Shown: in pieces, positions 45,645 to 56,810 of the stretch | How the letters are laid out: each line of letters starts with the position of its first letter | Position numbering within the stretch: the first letter of the stretch is position 1 | Assembly (NCBI GenBank): GCA_016182085.1 | Contig: JACOYB010000009.1 | Coordinates: 1,393 to 65,392 of the forward strand | DNA length: 64,000 bases | DNA from: Candidatus Magasanikiibacteriota bacterium | GTDB lineage: Bacteria; Patescibacteriota; Patescibacteriia; Magasanikbacterales; GWA2-37-8 | Direction: 5' to 3' | Made by a program: the position numbers and the translations under genes | Notes under the pieces: model-generated | What the model was told of the DNA's origin: nothing | What the model saw: only the letters and a program-made list of their open reading frames with translations | The model's database searches: none

Positions 45645-47615
45645 TTAATTTAAGTATTTTTTCCCCCACCAGAGCAAGAAATCACGGGCAATTGGCTGCG
45701 CGGTGGTACTTCCTTCCTCCCCTTCTTCAATCAGCACGGTAACTACAATTTCAGGGTTGTTTGCTGGAGCAAATGAAGTGAACCAGGCATGATTATCTTT
45801 ATTTGAATTCCACTGAGCCGTACCTGTTTTTCCGCCGCTTGCAAACGGCAGCACCCGCATAAGTCCGCAACTGCCGTATACTACACAATCTTTCATCCCC
45901 TGGCGAACGATGCTTAAGTTCTCGGCAGAAACGGGTACGTCGTATTTTTTGAAATCTAAAGAGGTTTTAGTATGAGTTACAGGTTCTTCCAGTTGCAGAC
46001 CCAAATGAGGTTGTATTACTTTACCGCCATTTGCCACGGCCGCAGTCCATACGGCTACTTGAAGCGGAGTTACGAGTAAATCCCCCTGGCCAATGGATAT
46101 ATTGTAGGTATCACCGACAAACCACTGCTCACCCTTAGTTTTAAGTTTCCATTCTTTGCTTGGTAGAAAACCGGCAGCTTCTCCGGTTAAATCTATTTCA
46201 GTTTTTTTAGAAATTCCAAACGCGGTCATATACTTCGCAATTCTATCAATCCCTAAGCCCACGAAATTTTTATATCCGCCGCCTACGTAGTAGAAAAAAG
46301 TATTTACCGACCAAGCTATGCCCTTATATACATTGGTAGTGCCATGACCGCCGACTTTCCAATCTCTGAATATTCTATCTCCCAATTTTAATCCGCCCGT
46401 ACTTAAAAAGGCTGTGGTGGGAGTGATTATTTTTTCCTGCAAAGCGGCGGCGGCCATAACCAGCTTTATCGTAGAGCCGGATGGATAAGTACCTCCGATA
46501 GCCCGATTAAATAGCGGATGATCGGTATTTTGAGTGTATTCACTGTATTTTTTTTGAGTTATACCTCCGGAAAAATCATTATTATTAAAGGCCGGCAGGC
46601 TGACCATGGCCAAAATTGAACCATCTCGCGGATCCATAGCCATTGCCGCCGCGCGTTTCTTGCCTGTTTTGGCCAGCATGTTTTTTGTGAGCTCCTCCAA
46701 TTTTTTTTGCGCTTCCAAATCAAGCGTTAAGATCAAATTTTTTCCTGGATGCGGCGGATCTTCGGCGAGCACGCTTTGTTCCCGGCCAATAGCGTTTACT
46801 TCTACCTTTTTAAGTCCGTATTTGCCGCGCAACGCGGATTCATAGCTTTTTTCCAATCCAACCTTGCCGATATTATCAAATGGCAAGTATTCTTCTGTAT
46901 CTTTTAGACCCTCTATTTCTTGATCATTTAATTTGCCTAAGTACCCAAGAAGGTGAGAAATACTTAAGTTGTGTTCCAGGGTGCTTGTGGAAGAAATATA
47001 TTGGCGTTTACTGCCTTTTTCAATGGAAATACCGGGAAGTTGTGAGCTTTGGATGTATAACTTTAACGCGGATTCGTAGTCCAAGTTTTCTTTAATAACC
47101 AAGGAAGCGTAGCTGTATGAACTGTATTTCTTTAACATTTCCGTAATTTGTTCTTCGGGTACGCCGCTTAAACTGACTACTCTCTCAATAACAGTTTTGC
47201 GTTTGCCGGCATTTCTAGGCAGGTCTTGAGGAATCAAAGCTAGAGAAAAATTAGGCACGTTTTCTACAAGCTCCGTATGGAATCTATCATAGATAATCCC
47301 CCGTTCCGAAAGAATTGGCCGCAACCTAATTCTATTTCCTTCGGCCAGATCGCGATAATAACCGCCCTTTACCGTTTGCAGATAAAATGTTTTGCCAAAA
47401 AGCATCCCAAGCCCGGCAATAACGATAAGCATCATGATAAAAATATTCTTTCGAGGAATGCTCGTACCTAAGTATGTTTTGGTATGTGATAAGGAAATTT
47501 GTTTGCCGGTCTGGCGTTCAAAATTAAAAGATTCCTCAACCCAGTTGTGGCTATACTTTCCATCTAAATCTCCACGTTGAATTTTTTCTTCGGAAATATC
47601 AAATATTTTTGCCAT
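45645..47615 (-). CDS. mrdA: Penicillin-binding protein 2
   Basis: RGIIYDR, YPSGSTIK (SxxK), SVN, KTGTAQ. In the mre operon. Confidence 0.93.
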   Translation of the reverse strand: MAKIFDISEEKIQRGDLDGKYSHNWVEESFNFERQTGKQISLSHTKTYLGTSIPRKNIFIMMLIVIAGLGMLFGKTFYLQTVKGGYYRDLAEGNRIRLRPILSERGIIYDRFHTELVENVPNFSLALIPQDLPRNAGKRKTVIERVVSLSGVPEEQITEMLKKYSSYSYASLVIKENLDYESALKLYIQSSQLPGISIEKGSKRQYISSTSTLEHNLSISHLLGYLGKLNDQEIEGLKDTEEYLPFDNIGKVGLEKSYESALRGKYGLKKVEVNAIGREQSVLAEDPPHPGKNLILTLDLEAQKKLEELTKNMLAKTGKKRAAAMAMDPRDGSILAMVSLPAFNNNDFSGGITQKKYSEYTQNTDHPLFNRAIGGTYPSGSTIKLVMAAAALQEKIITPTTAFLSTGGLKLGDRIFRDWKVGGHGTTNVYKGIAWSVNTFFYYVGGGYKNFVGLGIDRIAKYMTAFGISKKTEIDLTGEAAGFLPSKEWKLKTKGEQWFVGDTYNISIGQGDLLVTPLQVAVWTAAVANGGKVIQPHLGLQLEEPVTHTKTSLDFKKYDVPVSAENLSIVRQGMKDCVVYGSCGLMRVLPFASGGKTGTAQWNSNKDNHAWFTSFAPANNPEIVVTVLIEEGEEGSTTAQPIARDFLLWWGKKYLN

Positions 47616-48147
47616 ACATGCGCGCGTTTCTGGCCGAGGAGTGTAAATATTTTAAGAATTTTAAATCAAAAAGATACATCAAAAATAGTAGAATCGAGGA
47701 AAGCAGCACTTCCCAGCCCGTATCTGCCAAAATTTCTTTATACGGTAATCCGGGAAGATTGTAAAAGTAGTTATAGATCGTTAGGAGAAGTATAAATAAT
47801 ATGCGGTATAAGGTAATCCCTAAAGTTGCGGACAGCAGTATCATATATACCGAACGGTTGGTAAGGATATGAAGCTGAAACCAGTTAATTGTCAGAAGGC
47901 TAGCCAGGAGCGCGGAAGTGCCAATGCCAAATGGAATACTGCTTAGCAGCTCCGAAAAGTATGATATAACGAGGCCTAGCCAAAAAATTTTCTTATTGGG
48001 GGCGACAATGAGCAGTAACAACAAGATGACAAAAATAATGTTGATGTGGTTAAAAGGGTATGGCAAAAAATTAACGATAAATATATGCGTTGCCAGAATC
48101 AGGGTTACATATATACAAAGCATGATTACCTTCCATACTATCTTCAT
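47599..48147 (-). CDS. mreD: Rod shape-determining protein MreD-like
   Basis: Multi-pass membrane protein between mreC and mrdA. Confidence 0.7.
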   Translation of the reverse strand: MKIVWKVIMLCIYVTLILATHIFIVNFLPYPFNHINIIFVILLLLLIVAPNKKIFWLGLVISYFSELLSSIPFGIGTSALLASLLTINWFQLHILTNRSVYMILLSATLGITLYRILFILLLTIYNYFYNLPGLPYKEILADTGWEVLLSSILLFLMYLFDLKFLKYLHSSARNARMYGKNI

Positions 48148-48159
48148 AGGCGGGGAATA

Positions 48160-48960
48160 TTAGTTGGATATCAGGATGCTAACAATGTGGAGTTTGGAAA
48201 GATCGGTGCTGGGTGTAAGTACGGCTTGTTGAAACGGCTGGTAGGCTTCGTTCTCGGCTACAGCCACCTCGCCAATGAGCAGGCCTCGGGGGATGTTTTG
48301 TTCCATGCCCGAAGTAATGATTTGGTCGCCAATGAGCACGGTTTCGTTTCGAGGTATGAAATTCATGCGTATACTGAGTCCGTAACCGCCTTCTACAACT
48401 CCCAAACTGCCATCCTTATTTAAAATTGTGGCGGCAATTTTGCTTTGATTATCGTTAATCAACCGCACCATGGAAATATTTTTTTCAACTTTGGCAATAG
48501 TGCCCACCAAAATCCCCTCTCCAGCAATAACCGGTTGGCCAATTTTTACCCCAGCCTCTTCGCCGGCAGTAATAATTATCATTTTTTCCACGCTACCCGT
48601 GTTTCTTCCCACCACTTCCGCCATGACATGAGCAAAACTACGTTCACTAAGAAAGTTTAATTGTTTTTTTAATTCGGCATTTTCTTGCTCCAACACCTTT
48701 AACTTTGCTTTATCCACCTCGGAATTCTGATTTTTTTCTAAACATGCATTATAATTATCCATGACAGCCTGTTTGTTGGAAACGTATTTAAATGAATCTT
48801 GAAAAGCAAAACGCCAGCCGGTGATTTTGCTGGAGATTGGAATGATTACGGCTTGTACGCCTTGCTCCAAAAATTTTAACCACCCCAAATAATGGAAACC
48901 AATGAGCAGAGCTAAGATAAAACCTAAAAAAAAATAGTTTCTAACCTTAAATCGAAGCAT
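48160..48960 (-). CDS. mreC: Rod shape-determining protein MreC
   Basis: EN.ELK.QL, G.PVI...G.LVG, GD.IITSG....P.GL.IG. Confidence 0.92.
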   Translation of the reverse strand: MLRFKVRNYFFLGFILALLIGFHYLGWLKFLEQGVQAVIIPISSKITGWRFAFQDSFKYVSNKQAVMDNYNACLEKNQNSEVDKAKLKVLEQENAELKKQLNFLSERSFAHVMAEVVGRNTGSVEKMIIITAGEEAGVKIGQPVIAGEGILVGTIAKVEKNISMVRLINDNQSKIAATILNKDGSLGVVEGGYGLSIRMNFIPRNETVLIGDQIITSGMEQNIPRGLLIGEVAVAENEAYQPFQQAVLTPSTDLSKLHIVSILISN

Positions 48961-48973
48961 ACGTTATGATGAT

Positions 48974-50029
48974 TTATAGCGGTGAGTGTTTTTGATTCTG
49001 ATTTTTTATGGAGATTTCACTAAGCAGTTCCTCTTCGTCAAGGAGTATGCCCGCGCCTCGCACCACCGAAGTAAGCGGATCATCAGCGATACGGACGGGA
49101 ATTTCTACGGCTCTGGCAATAAGCTGATCAAAACCTCGTAAGAGCGCGCCACCGCCTGAAAGCACAATGCCTCGCTCATGAATATCGGCAACCAGTTCTG
49201 GCGGCGTAGTTTCCAAAACGCCTTTTATATTTTCAATAATTGCTCTGAGAGATTTAGCGATCGCTTCACGAACTTGCGAATCATTAATCATTACTTCTTT
49301 TGGCAAACCGGAAACAAGATCGCGGCCGCGCATTGGAAAGTGCATTGGCTCATTTAATTCTATAGCTGAGCCGATTTTTATTTTTATTTCCTCGGCTTGT
49401 TTCTCGCCCAAGAGTAAATTAAAGTAATCGCGAGCATACTGAATAATATTTCGGTTTAATTCATCTCCGGCTACGGGAATAGAACGCCAGGTAACAATGC
49501 CGCTTAAAGAAATAACCGCGATCTCGGCCGTACCGCCGCCAATTTCTACGATAAAATTACCAATCGGTTCTCGGATTGGCATACGCGCGCCAATCGCCGC
49601 GGCCATAGGTTCCTGGATTACTATTACTTCCCTGGCACCGGCATTAGTGGCCGCGTCGGTAATGGCTTTTAATTCTACTTCAGTAATTTCCAGAGGCGCC
49701 CCAACCACGACGCGCGGGCGAGTCATAAAATTCATGTTATCTTCGTATACTTTATCAATAAAGTACTTAAGCATTTTTTCCGTAACTTCAAAGTCAGAAA
49801 TAATGCCGTTGATGAGCGGTCTGGTAGTGAGAATATGCGGCGGGGTTTTACCCAACATTTCCTTAGCTTCGTTTCCTACAGCTAAAATTTGTTCGGTTTT
49901 AGTATTGACAGCCACGACACTCGGCTCGTTTATTACCACTCCCCGGCCCTTAACATACACAAGCGTATTTGCGGTGCCTAAATCAATGCCGATATCCTTT
50001 CTTAATTTTCCTAAAATGCCTTCAAACAT
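48974..50029 (-). CDS. mreB: Rod shape-determining protein MreB
   Basis: IGIDLGTANT, EPSVVA, EPMAAAIGA, IGGGT, GGGALL. Confidence 0.96.
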   Translation of the reverse strand: MFEGILGKLRKDIGIDLGTANTLVYVKGRGVVINEPSVVAVNTKTEQILAVGNEAKEMLGKTPPHILTTRPLINGIISDFEVTEKMLKYFIDKVYEDNMNFMTRPRVVVGAPLEITEVELKAITDAATNAGAREVIVIQEPMAAAIGARMPIREPIGNFIVEIGGGTAEIAVISLSGIVTWRSIPVAGDELNRNIIQYARDYFNLLLGEKQAEEIKIKIGSAIELNEPMHFPMRGRDLVSGLPKEVMINDSQVREAIAKSLRAIIENIKGVLETTPPELVADIHERGIVLSGGGALLRGFDQLIARAVEIPVRIADDPLTSVVRGAGILLDEEELLSEISIKNQNQKHSPL

Positions 50030-50043
50030 AACTTGTCGTAATT

Positions 50044-50433
50044 CTATCTATTAGTATATTTTCGGTTGGTAAAAATTATTCCTTCTATAGCGATAAAAAT
50101 TAAAATTAGCAAAATCGCGCTCCACCAGGCAAATAAATCTATTTGTAGTAAAAATAACCCGGCCACGATGATTCCGGCCACGAGCAATCCCTGTCTGAAT
50201 GTGGACTTCACGTGGTGAAAAACAACCTGGTCATCCTTAAGGATTATTTTTTTGATAAGGAACCCTATGACGGAAAATGTGCCGGCCAGAGCCAGAAAAA
50301 GACTGCAATAAAAAAATAAAAAACCAAAAAATCCGGCTTGGGTGGGGTCTGTGCTGTTTAAGACAAAGAACCAAGCCAACCAACAGATAAACGCCCCAAT
50401 AGACATTAAAATTAGGTAATATCGCAGGGTCAT
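50044..50433 (-). CDS. Conserved hypothetical membrane protein
   Basis: 4 hydrophobic segments and FRQG motif. Confidence 0.7.
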   Translation of the reverse strand: MTLRYYLILMSIGAFICWLAWFFVLNSTDPTQAGFFGFLFFYCSLFLALAGTFSVIGFLIKKIILKDDQVVFHHVKSTFRQGLLVAGIIVAGLFLLQIDLFAWWSAILLILIFIAIEGIIFTNRKYTNR

Positions 50434-50527
50434 AGTGTGTTACGGGTCGGGTTCTAATAGACACTACCCGACCTGATTCTGATGAATCAATTTTAGCTGT
50501 GTTTTGCCAGTTTGGCAAGTCGCCTGT

Positions 50528-50824
50528 TTAAAATAAATATCGCACCTTTTCTATGCTTTGCGCGCCCAATTTATTGTTTGCGAGGGCTACGATTTTTTTC
50601 TCGTTTAGCTTTATTTCTTGGGCCATTACCGAGCTGAGGCAAGTTATAGCGATGGTTTTATCTTTAAAATAAACAGCCTGAGCGAATTTTTTCGCGTTAA
50701 CCCCGAATAATTCCCGTATGGTTTCGTTTGTTTTTTCTACAACAAATGTCGCAGCCACTTGTTTGCCGACCGGTGTTTGTCCCATGTGTTTTTTTAAAAT
50801 TTCTCCCAAAGATTTCATGGACAT
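50528..50824 (-). CDS. DUF721/DciA-like protein
   Basis: MKSLGEIL..., I.CLSSVMAQEIKL....I....N, matching the DUF721 pattern. Confidence 0.65.
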   Translation of the reverse strand: MSMKSLGEILKKHMGQTPVGKQVAATFVVEKTNETIRELFGVNAKKFAQAVYFKDKTIAITCLSSVMAQEIKLNEKKIVALANNKLGAQSIEKVRYLF

Positions 50825-50828
50825 ATAA

Positions 50829-53771
50829 TTAGGCTCTAAATTGACAAATATCTCTAAAATCACAGCGTTTGCAAACATGAGGGCTCGGCGTGGCGGTGAA
50901 ATCCTGCGAATTAATCTTATCAATGGCCATAACAACTTTTTCTTTTAATTTTTCTATGTCTTTTTCATTTCCTAAAAAGGAAACTTTTAAATTATCGTTG
51001 AGATAAAAATACGTGAGACGTTCCGGCGCGCCGATGTTTTTATATTCGGGCAGTTCATTGACTGCTATTTGATAAAGCAACAATTGGTCCTTATCTTCGC
51101 TCTCAAGTTTTTCTTTGCCATTTCCAGTCTTGTAATCTATAATTTCCAGCTGTCCGTTTGGAAGCTGGTCTATCCTGTCAATGCGGCCATTTACCAAATA
51201 ATTTCCGATTTTTATTTTAAACCATCCTTCCAGAGAAATTGGGATGGTCCAATTATCCTTTTCAGTATTATAAAAGGTCTGTAGAATTTCTTTGCCCAGT
51301 TTATAATATTCCTCTCGTTGCGCTTTGCTTTTATACCAATCGTCAATCCAAGCCGCTTCATAAAAATTAAACAACTCCTGCAGACTTGGCGCTTTTACGC
51401 CATTACTTGATGGCTCCACTTTTTCCGGCAGAGCAAATAACGATGTTTGCGTAGCCCTATTTAAGTCTTTTAACCGTTCATAAAATTTTTGTAAGGCAGA
51501 GTGAATGCTTTGGCCAAAACTGAAACTGGCATTGCCTTTGGTGGGGATTTTCAAAACATGCGCCAATTTATATTGATACGGACAAGTGCGATAGGATTTT
51601 ATTTGGGAAAAAGAAAAAACTTTTGGCAGTTCATAGATAAATTCACCCTTTTCTTTATTTTTTGAAGGAATTGAGATTTTTAAAGGCTCTTTTTTTCCCG
51701 CCTCTTTTTCTAACACGCTAAACTCTATCTCTGGCAGAAAACGGGAGATTTTTTTTGTTTTTACGCCGCCATAATCATCGGCGCTGGTTAGATATAATCG
51801 TTCTTTGGCTCTGGTCATGGCCACATAAAACAACCTGCGCTCTTCTTGATAATGACTATCACCGCTCGGCATCTGTTCTTTAATAAGCGCCGCCGGAATT
51901 TCTATCGGTTCGCCGCGGCGGCGTCCGGGAAATCTGTCTTCTACCAAGTTCACGACAAAAACATATTTAAATTCCAACCCTTTGGATTTATGCACCGTAA
52001 TGATATTTACCGAATCGGGAGTTTCGGTTGGTTGATACATGGCGCCTAAATCGCCGGATTCCATGATGTAGTTTAAGTGCTCTAAGAAACTCGCAACATG
52101 CGCTCCGGGTGTGGAATTTTCAAAGCCGCCCATATATTCAAAAAATTCTTTCAACTGGTAAATTTGCCGAATCACTTCCCTGTTTTGATCTACCTCCTCT
52201 TTGGCCAAATATTCCAACAGGCCGCTATCCTGAAGAAAATGAAAAAGTACGGTAGTTGGTTTCTCATTTTTGGCGTTCTGCATTCCCGCATGGATAACAG
52301 TTAACAATTTATCTGCGGCGGCGATGCCATTTGACGACAAGCCAAACTCCACCGCTCGTTTTAAGGCTTCATAGAAAGAAATACTTTTCCTTTTCGCGTT
52401 AAAAGTTATTTTTTGAATATCGTGATCATCCATTTTCCAGATCGGCATCAGCAGCAACCGAAAAATCGCGCTTGATTCCCGATAATTATCCAGCAGTTTA
52501 AAAAAATTGATGCAGTCCAGCACTAGCGGTTGGCGATACAAGCCTGATGCCGCCAGAAATTCGTATGGTATCCCCGCCTTTTCCAGCGCCGAAATAAATG
52601 GTTCGCTATGGTTATTGGCGCGCACCAGGATCGCAAAATCATCCCAGGCCGCTTCTTTATCCGTATCTTTTATTTTCTTAATTTCTTCAATGACCGAACG
52701 TACCTCTTGATCGAGTGTGGCAGAATGCAGATGCACCACGCTTTTACCTTTTGAAGCTGAAGTTTTGCTTGAATTTACGAGTTTTTTATTTACCTGCAAT
52801 TTTACTTCCAGCCTATCTGGATTATTATGCTGTATTAATTTATACGCGCTATCCAAAATTTCCTGGCGGGAACGATAATTTTCATTCAATACAATCTCTT
52901 GGGCTTTGGGAAAATCATCCTTGAATCGTAAAATATTAGACACCGAAGCGCCTCTAAACGCATAGATACTCTGATCATCATCACCTACTACCGTAAGTTG
53001 TGAATTTGAACCCGTAAGCAGCCGTACCAATTGATATTGCGCCCAATTTACGTCCTGAAATTCATCCACTAAAATATATTTGAATCTATTTTGAAGCAGT
53101 TTCAAAATTGCCGGACGTTCTTTTAATAATTTAATGGTATAAAAAATAAGATCGGCAAAATCCAGATAATTATTGTCCAAAAGCAATTGGTTGTAAACAT
53201 GGTAGGCGTTTGCAAGTTCAGCCAAGCGATTTTTCTCTTCAATTTCCGCGTTGTCCGTATCGGCTTGCAACTCTTGAACATAACGCAAATAATCGGCCGG
53301 TGTAATTAATTCGTCCTTGCATTTTTGAAAGTGAGAAATGAGGGTATGGATATGATTGGTCGGATTTCCAAGCGAACGATAATAATCCAAGTTAAATTTA
53401 TCCAAATTTTGCCGTACCAGCAGCCAGGCATCTACTTCGGTAAGCAGCTTAAATTTATTGCTGATACCGATATCTAATCCATACTCCTCTAGAATTTTTT
53501 GGCAAAAGGAGTGAAACGTGGAGATTTGCAGATCTACATAACCAATCCCTACTTCCGCGTCCACCCTATCAAACATCTCTGCCGCGGCCTTTTCGGTAAA
53601 CGTGAGCGCTAAAATTTCACTGGTCTTGGCCAGTTTATTTTGTAGAATATGAAAAATTTTTTGAGTAATTACCGTGGTTTTACCGGTACCTGCGCCCGCG
53701 ACAATAATAAGCGGTCCGGATACGTATTCTACCGCCTGTTTCTGTGAGGGATTTAATTTATAATTAGCCAT
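50829..53771 (-). CDS. UvrD/PcrA-like helicase with C-terminal PD-(D/E)XK nuclease
   Basis: AGAGTGKT, VDEFQD, VGDDDQSIYAFRGA, ENYRS, TVHKSKGLEF, EERRLFYVAMTRA, then GRIDRID, IIDYKTG and C..C....IC. Confidence 0.93.
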   Translation of the reverse strand: MANYKLNPSQKQAVEYVSGPLIIVAGAGTGKTTVITQKIFHILQNKLAKTSEILALTFTEKAAAEMFDRVDAEVGIGYVDLQISTFHSFCQKILEEYGLDIGISNKFKLLTEVDAWLLVRQNLDKFNLDYYRSLGNPTNHIHTLISHFQKCKDELITPADYLRYVQELQADTDNAEIEEKNRLAELANAYHVYNQLLLDNNYLDFADLIFYTIKLLKERPAILKLLQNRFKYILVDEFQDVNWAQYQLVRLLTGSNSQLTVVGDDDQSIYAFRGASVSNILRFKDDFPKAQEIVLNENYRSRQEILDSAYKLIQHNNPDRLEVKLQVNKKLVNSSKTSASKGKSVVHLHSATLDQEVRSVIEEIKKIKDTDKEAAWDDFAILVRANNHSEPFISALEKAGIPYEFLAASGLYRQPLVLDCINFFKLLDNYRESSAIFRLLLMPIWKMDDHDIQKITFNAKRKSISFYEALKRAVEFGLSSNGIAAADKLLTVIHAGMQNAKNEKPTTVLFHFLQDSGLLEYLAKEEVDQNREVIRQIYQLKEFFEYMGGFENSTPGAHVASFLEHLNYIMESGDLGAMYQPTETPDSVNIITVHKSKGLEFKYVFVVNLVEDRFPGRRRGEPIEIPAALIKEQMPSGDSHYQEERRLFYVAMTRAKERLYLTSADDYGGVKTKKISRFLPEIEFSVLEKEAGKKEPLKISIPSKNKEKGEFIYELPKVFSFSQIKSYRTCPYQYKLAHVLKIPTKGNASFSFGQSIHSALQKFYERLKDLNRATQTSLFALPEKVEPSSNGVKAPSLQELFNFYEAAWIDDWYKSKAQREEYYKLGKEILQTFYNTEKDNWTIPISLEGWFKIKIGNYLVNGRIDRIDQLPNGQLEIIDYKTGNGKEKLESEDKDQLLLYQIAVNELPEYKNIGAPERLTYFYLNDNLKVSFLGNEKDIEKLKEKVVMAIDKINSQDFTATPSPHVCKRCDFRDICQFRA

Positions 53772-53922
53772 ATCTTCTACCTGTTTAGCACAATAAAAAC
53801 AGCCTTTTGGCTGTGTTTATTATAAGCGAAATGAGTGAGAGAAGCAAGAAATTTATTTCATTGATTCCGAGCGAACGAGTTTATACCGAAGGTATAGTTT
53901 AACTACGTTTTTTTGACAATCT

Positions 53923-54057
53923 TTACCCCCGTTTATCAATACATTCACAACCGCAGCTTTCATCACAACCGCAACAACGCACGCATACACTTTCGTTACA
54001 TAAACAAGAGTCGTTCATTTCCTCCAGCATAGTTCTACATTGTTGGCATTTTTCCAT
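53923..54057 (-). CDS. 44-aa cysteine-rich protein, metallothionein-like
   Basis: MEKCQQCRTMLEEMNDSCLCNESVCVRCCGCDESCGCECIDKRG, 11 Cys. Confidence 0.6.
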   Translation of the reverse strand: MEKCQQCRTMLEEMNDSCLCNESVCVRCCGCDESCGCECIDKRG

Positions 54058-54142
54058 AATTTTTAATGTTGAGCTCAAGTATGAAAATGTGTTTTCATAC
54101 CTGCGAAACATGCTAAAAGTTGATTAAATAAATTAAGTTTGT

Positions 54143-54691
54143 TTATATTTTTATTTTTGCTTTATCATTTTTAATAAAAATATCGCCTACGTCATAATTC
54201 ATTTTTTGCGGCTGCTGTTCCGGTCTGTATAAAACAACCCGTACATCCATTTTTGATAGTTTTATTTCTGAGTTATGCCGACTTGCTTTCTGTAAAGCAA
54301 AATCCTGCATAGCATGATAATTAGCGATCTGTTCTTTGTCAAGGTTTTGCAGCGGCATCCCCAAAGCTCCAAATACCACTACTCCGCCTTCTTTCTCATA
54401 TATACTCTGCAGTGTTTTTAGGGTGGGTAATAAATTTTGCTCTATAAAACCACTTGTATCATTTGTAATGATGGTAGGAATTTTTTCCAAAAGAAGCCCT
54501 TGGGCAAGCTGACCGCTAAAATATGATTTTCCCACATTTGCATCGTCAATATCCAATCCCCCCACTGCTACGGCAACATACTTTTGAGATTCAAGCAGTT
54601 CTTTAATACGACGCGCAGTTTCTTTCAAACCATCCTCAAAAGAGAATTCTTTTACCTCTTTGAATTTCTCACGGGAATTGCCTGTTTCCAT
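54143..54691 (-). CDS. Hypothetical protein with degenerate P-loop (NVGKS)
   Basis: 182-aa ORF directly after atpC. Confidence 0.55.
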   Translation of the reverse strand: METGNSREKFKEVKEFSFEDGLKETARRIKELLESQKYVAVAVGGLDIDDANVGKSYFSGQLAQGLLLEKIPTIITNDTSGFIEQNLLPTLKTLQSIYEKEGGVVVFGALGMPLQNLDKEQIANYHAMQDFALQKASRHNSEIKLSKMDVRVVLYRPEQQPQKMNYDVGDIFIKNDKAKIKI

Positions 54692-54692
54692 A

Positions 54693-55109
54693 TTATGGTA
54701 ATTTACGATACTTTTTTACAACTTTTAATTTATTTAATTCCCTATCAATAACAGCTTGCAGCTTAGCATAATCCACGTCTTGCGCGTTTTTAAGGTTTGC
54801 CATCTGCTCTTCGGCTCTGGCCCGCGCTTCTTCGGCTTTATCTATATCTATTTCGGCCACTCTCTGCGCGTGATCTGCCAAAATTACAATTTCATTTTTG
54901 CCTCTTACTTCCAAAAATCCTCCGGAAACCGCCATCTGCTGCTGGCCTTCTTTATCCTTAAATTTTAATTCACCGGCTTTGAGAACAGAGATAAGCGGAA
55001 TATGATTTGGCAGAACCGTAATCTCACCCTCCATAGTAGGAATAGTAACTTGAAAAATTTCATTTTCGTAAATTGTTTTTTCCGGTGTTACGATTTTGAA
55101 TTTTAACAT
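54693..55109 (-). CDS. atpC: ATP synthase epsilon subunit
   Basis: IVTPE, G...VLP.H.PL, VSGGFLEV. Confidence 0.95.
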   Translation of the reverse strand: MLKFKIVTPEKTIYENEIFQVTIPTMEGEITVLPNHIPLISVLKAGELKFKDKEGQQQMAVSGGFLEVRGKNEIVILADHAQRVAEIDIDKAEEARARAEEQMANLKNAQDVDYAKLQAVIDRELNKLKVVKKYRKLP

Positions 55110-55164
55110 AAGTTTTTAGTTTGTCATTGTGACTACAACCTTTTGGTCTACACGTTCCCGTAGT

Positions 55165-55231
55165 TGTCATTCCCATCGAAATGGGAATCCAGTCGACAAT
55201 TGTCTGGATTCCCGCTTTGGCGGGAATGACA
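55165..55231. repeat. Family-A' (dRS3-like) inverted dimer between atpD and atpC
   Basis: Reverse complement TGTCATTCCCGCCAAAGCGGGAATCCAGACAATTGTCGACTGGATTCCCATTTCGATGGGAATGACA, near-identical to 8474-8545. Confidence 0.9.
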
Positions 55232-55243
55232 ATATATGGACAA

Positions 55244-55297
55244 AGATTCCTCACACAAGAGCCTGCCCTGAGCTTGTCGAATGGGTTCGGAATGACA
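55244..55297 (-). repeat. Family-A arm containing a nested 24-bp family-B element (55262-55285)
   Basis: Minus strand TGTCATTCCGAA[CCCATTCGACAAGCTCAGGGCAGG]CTCTTGTGTGAGGAATCT. Confidence 0.75.
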
Positions 55298-55304
55298 GTG
55301 AATG

Positions 55305-56708
<1,404 letters not shown>

Positions 56709-56726
56709 TTAATTAAACTTCTTGGT

Positions 56727-56799
56727 TGTCATCCTGAACGGAGTGAAGGATCTCTTTTGTTCGGACTGGAGGGATTCTTCGCAAAGCTTCAGAATGACA
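56727..56799. repeat. Family-A inverted dimer between atpG and atpD
   Basis: TGTCATCCTGAACGGAGTGAAGGATCTC-TTTTGTTCGGACTGGA-GGGATTCTTCGCAAAGCTTCAGAATGACA, with the same GTTCGGA spacer core as the gltX and TagA copies. Confidence 0.92.
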
Positions 56800-56810
56800 A
56801 TTGAAAAAAT

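Noticed and set aside
53822-53897. Imperfect inverted repeat upstream of uvrD as another repeat family or ncRNA
   Set aside because: Single degenerate copy in the window, so it cannot be supported without a genome-wide search.
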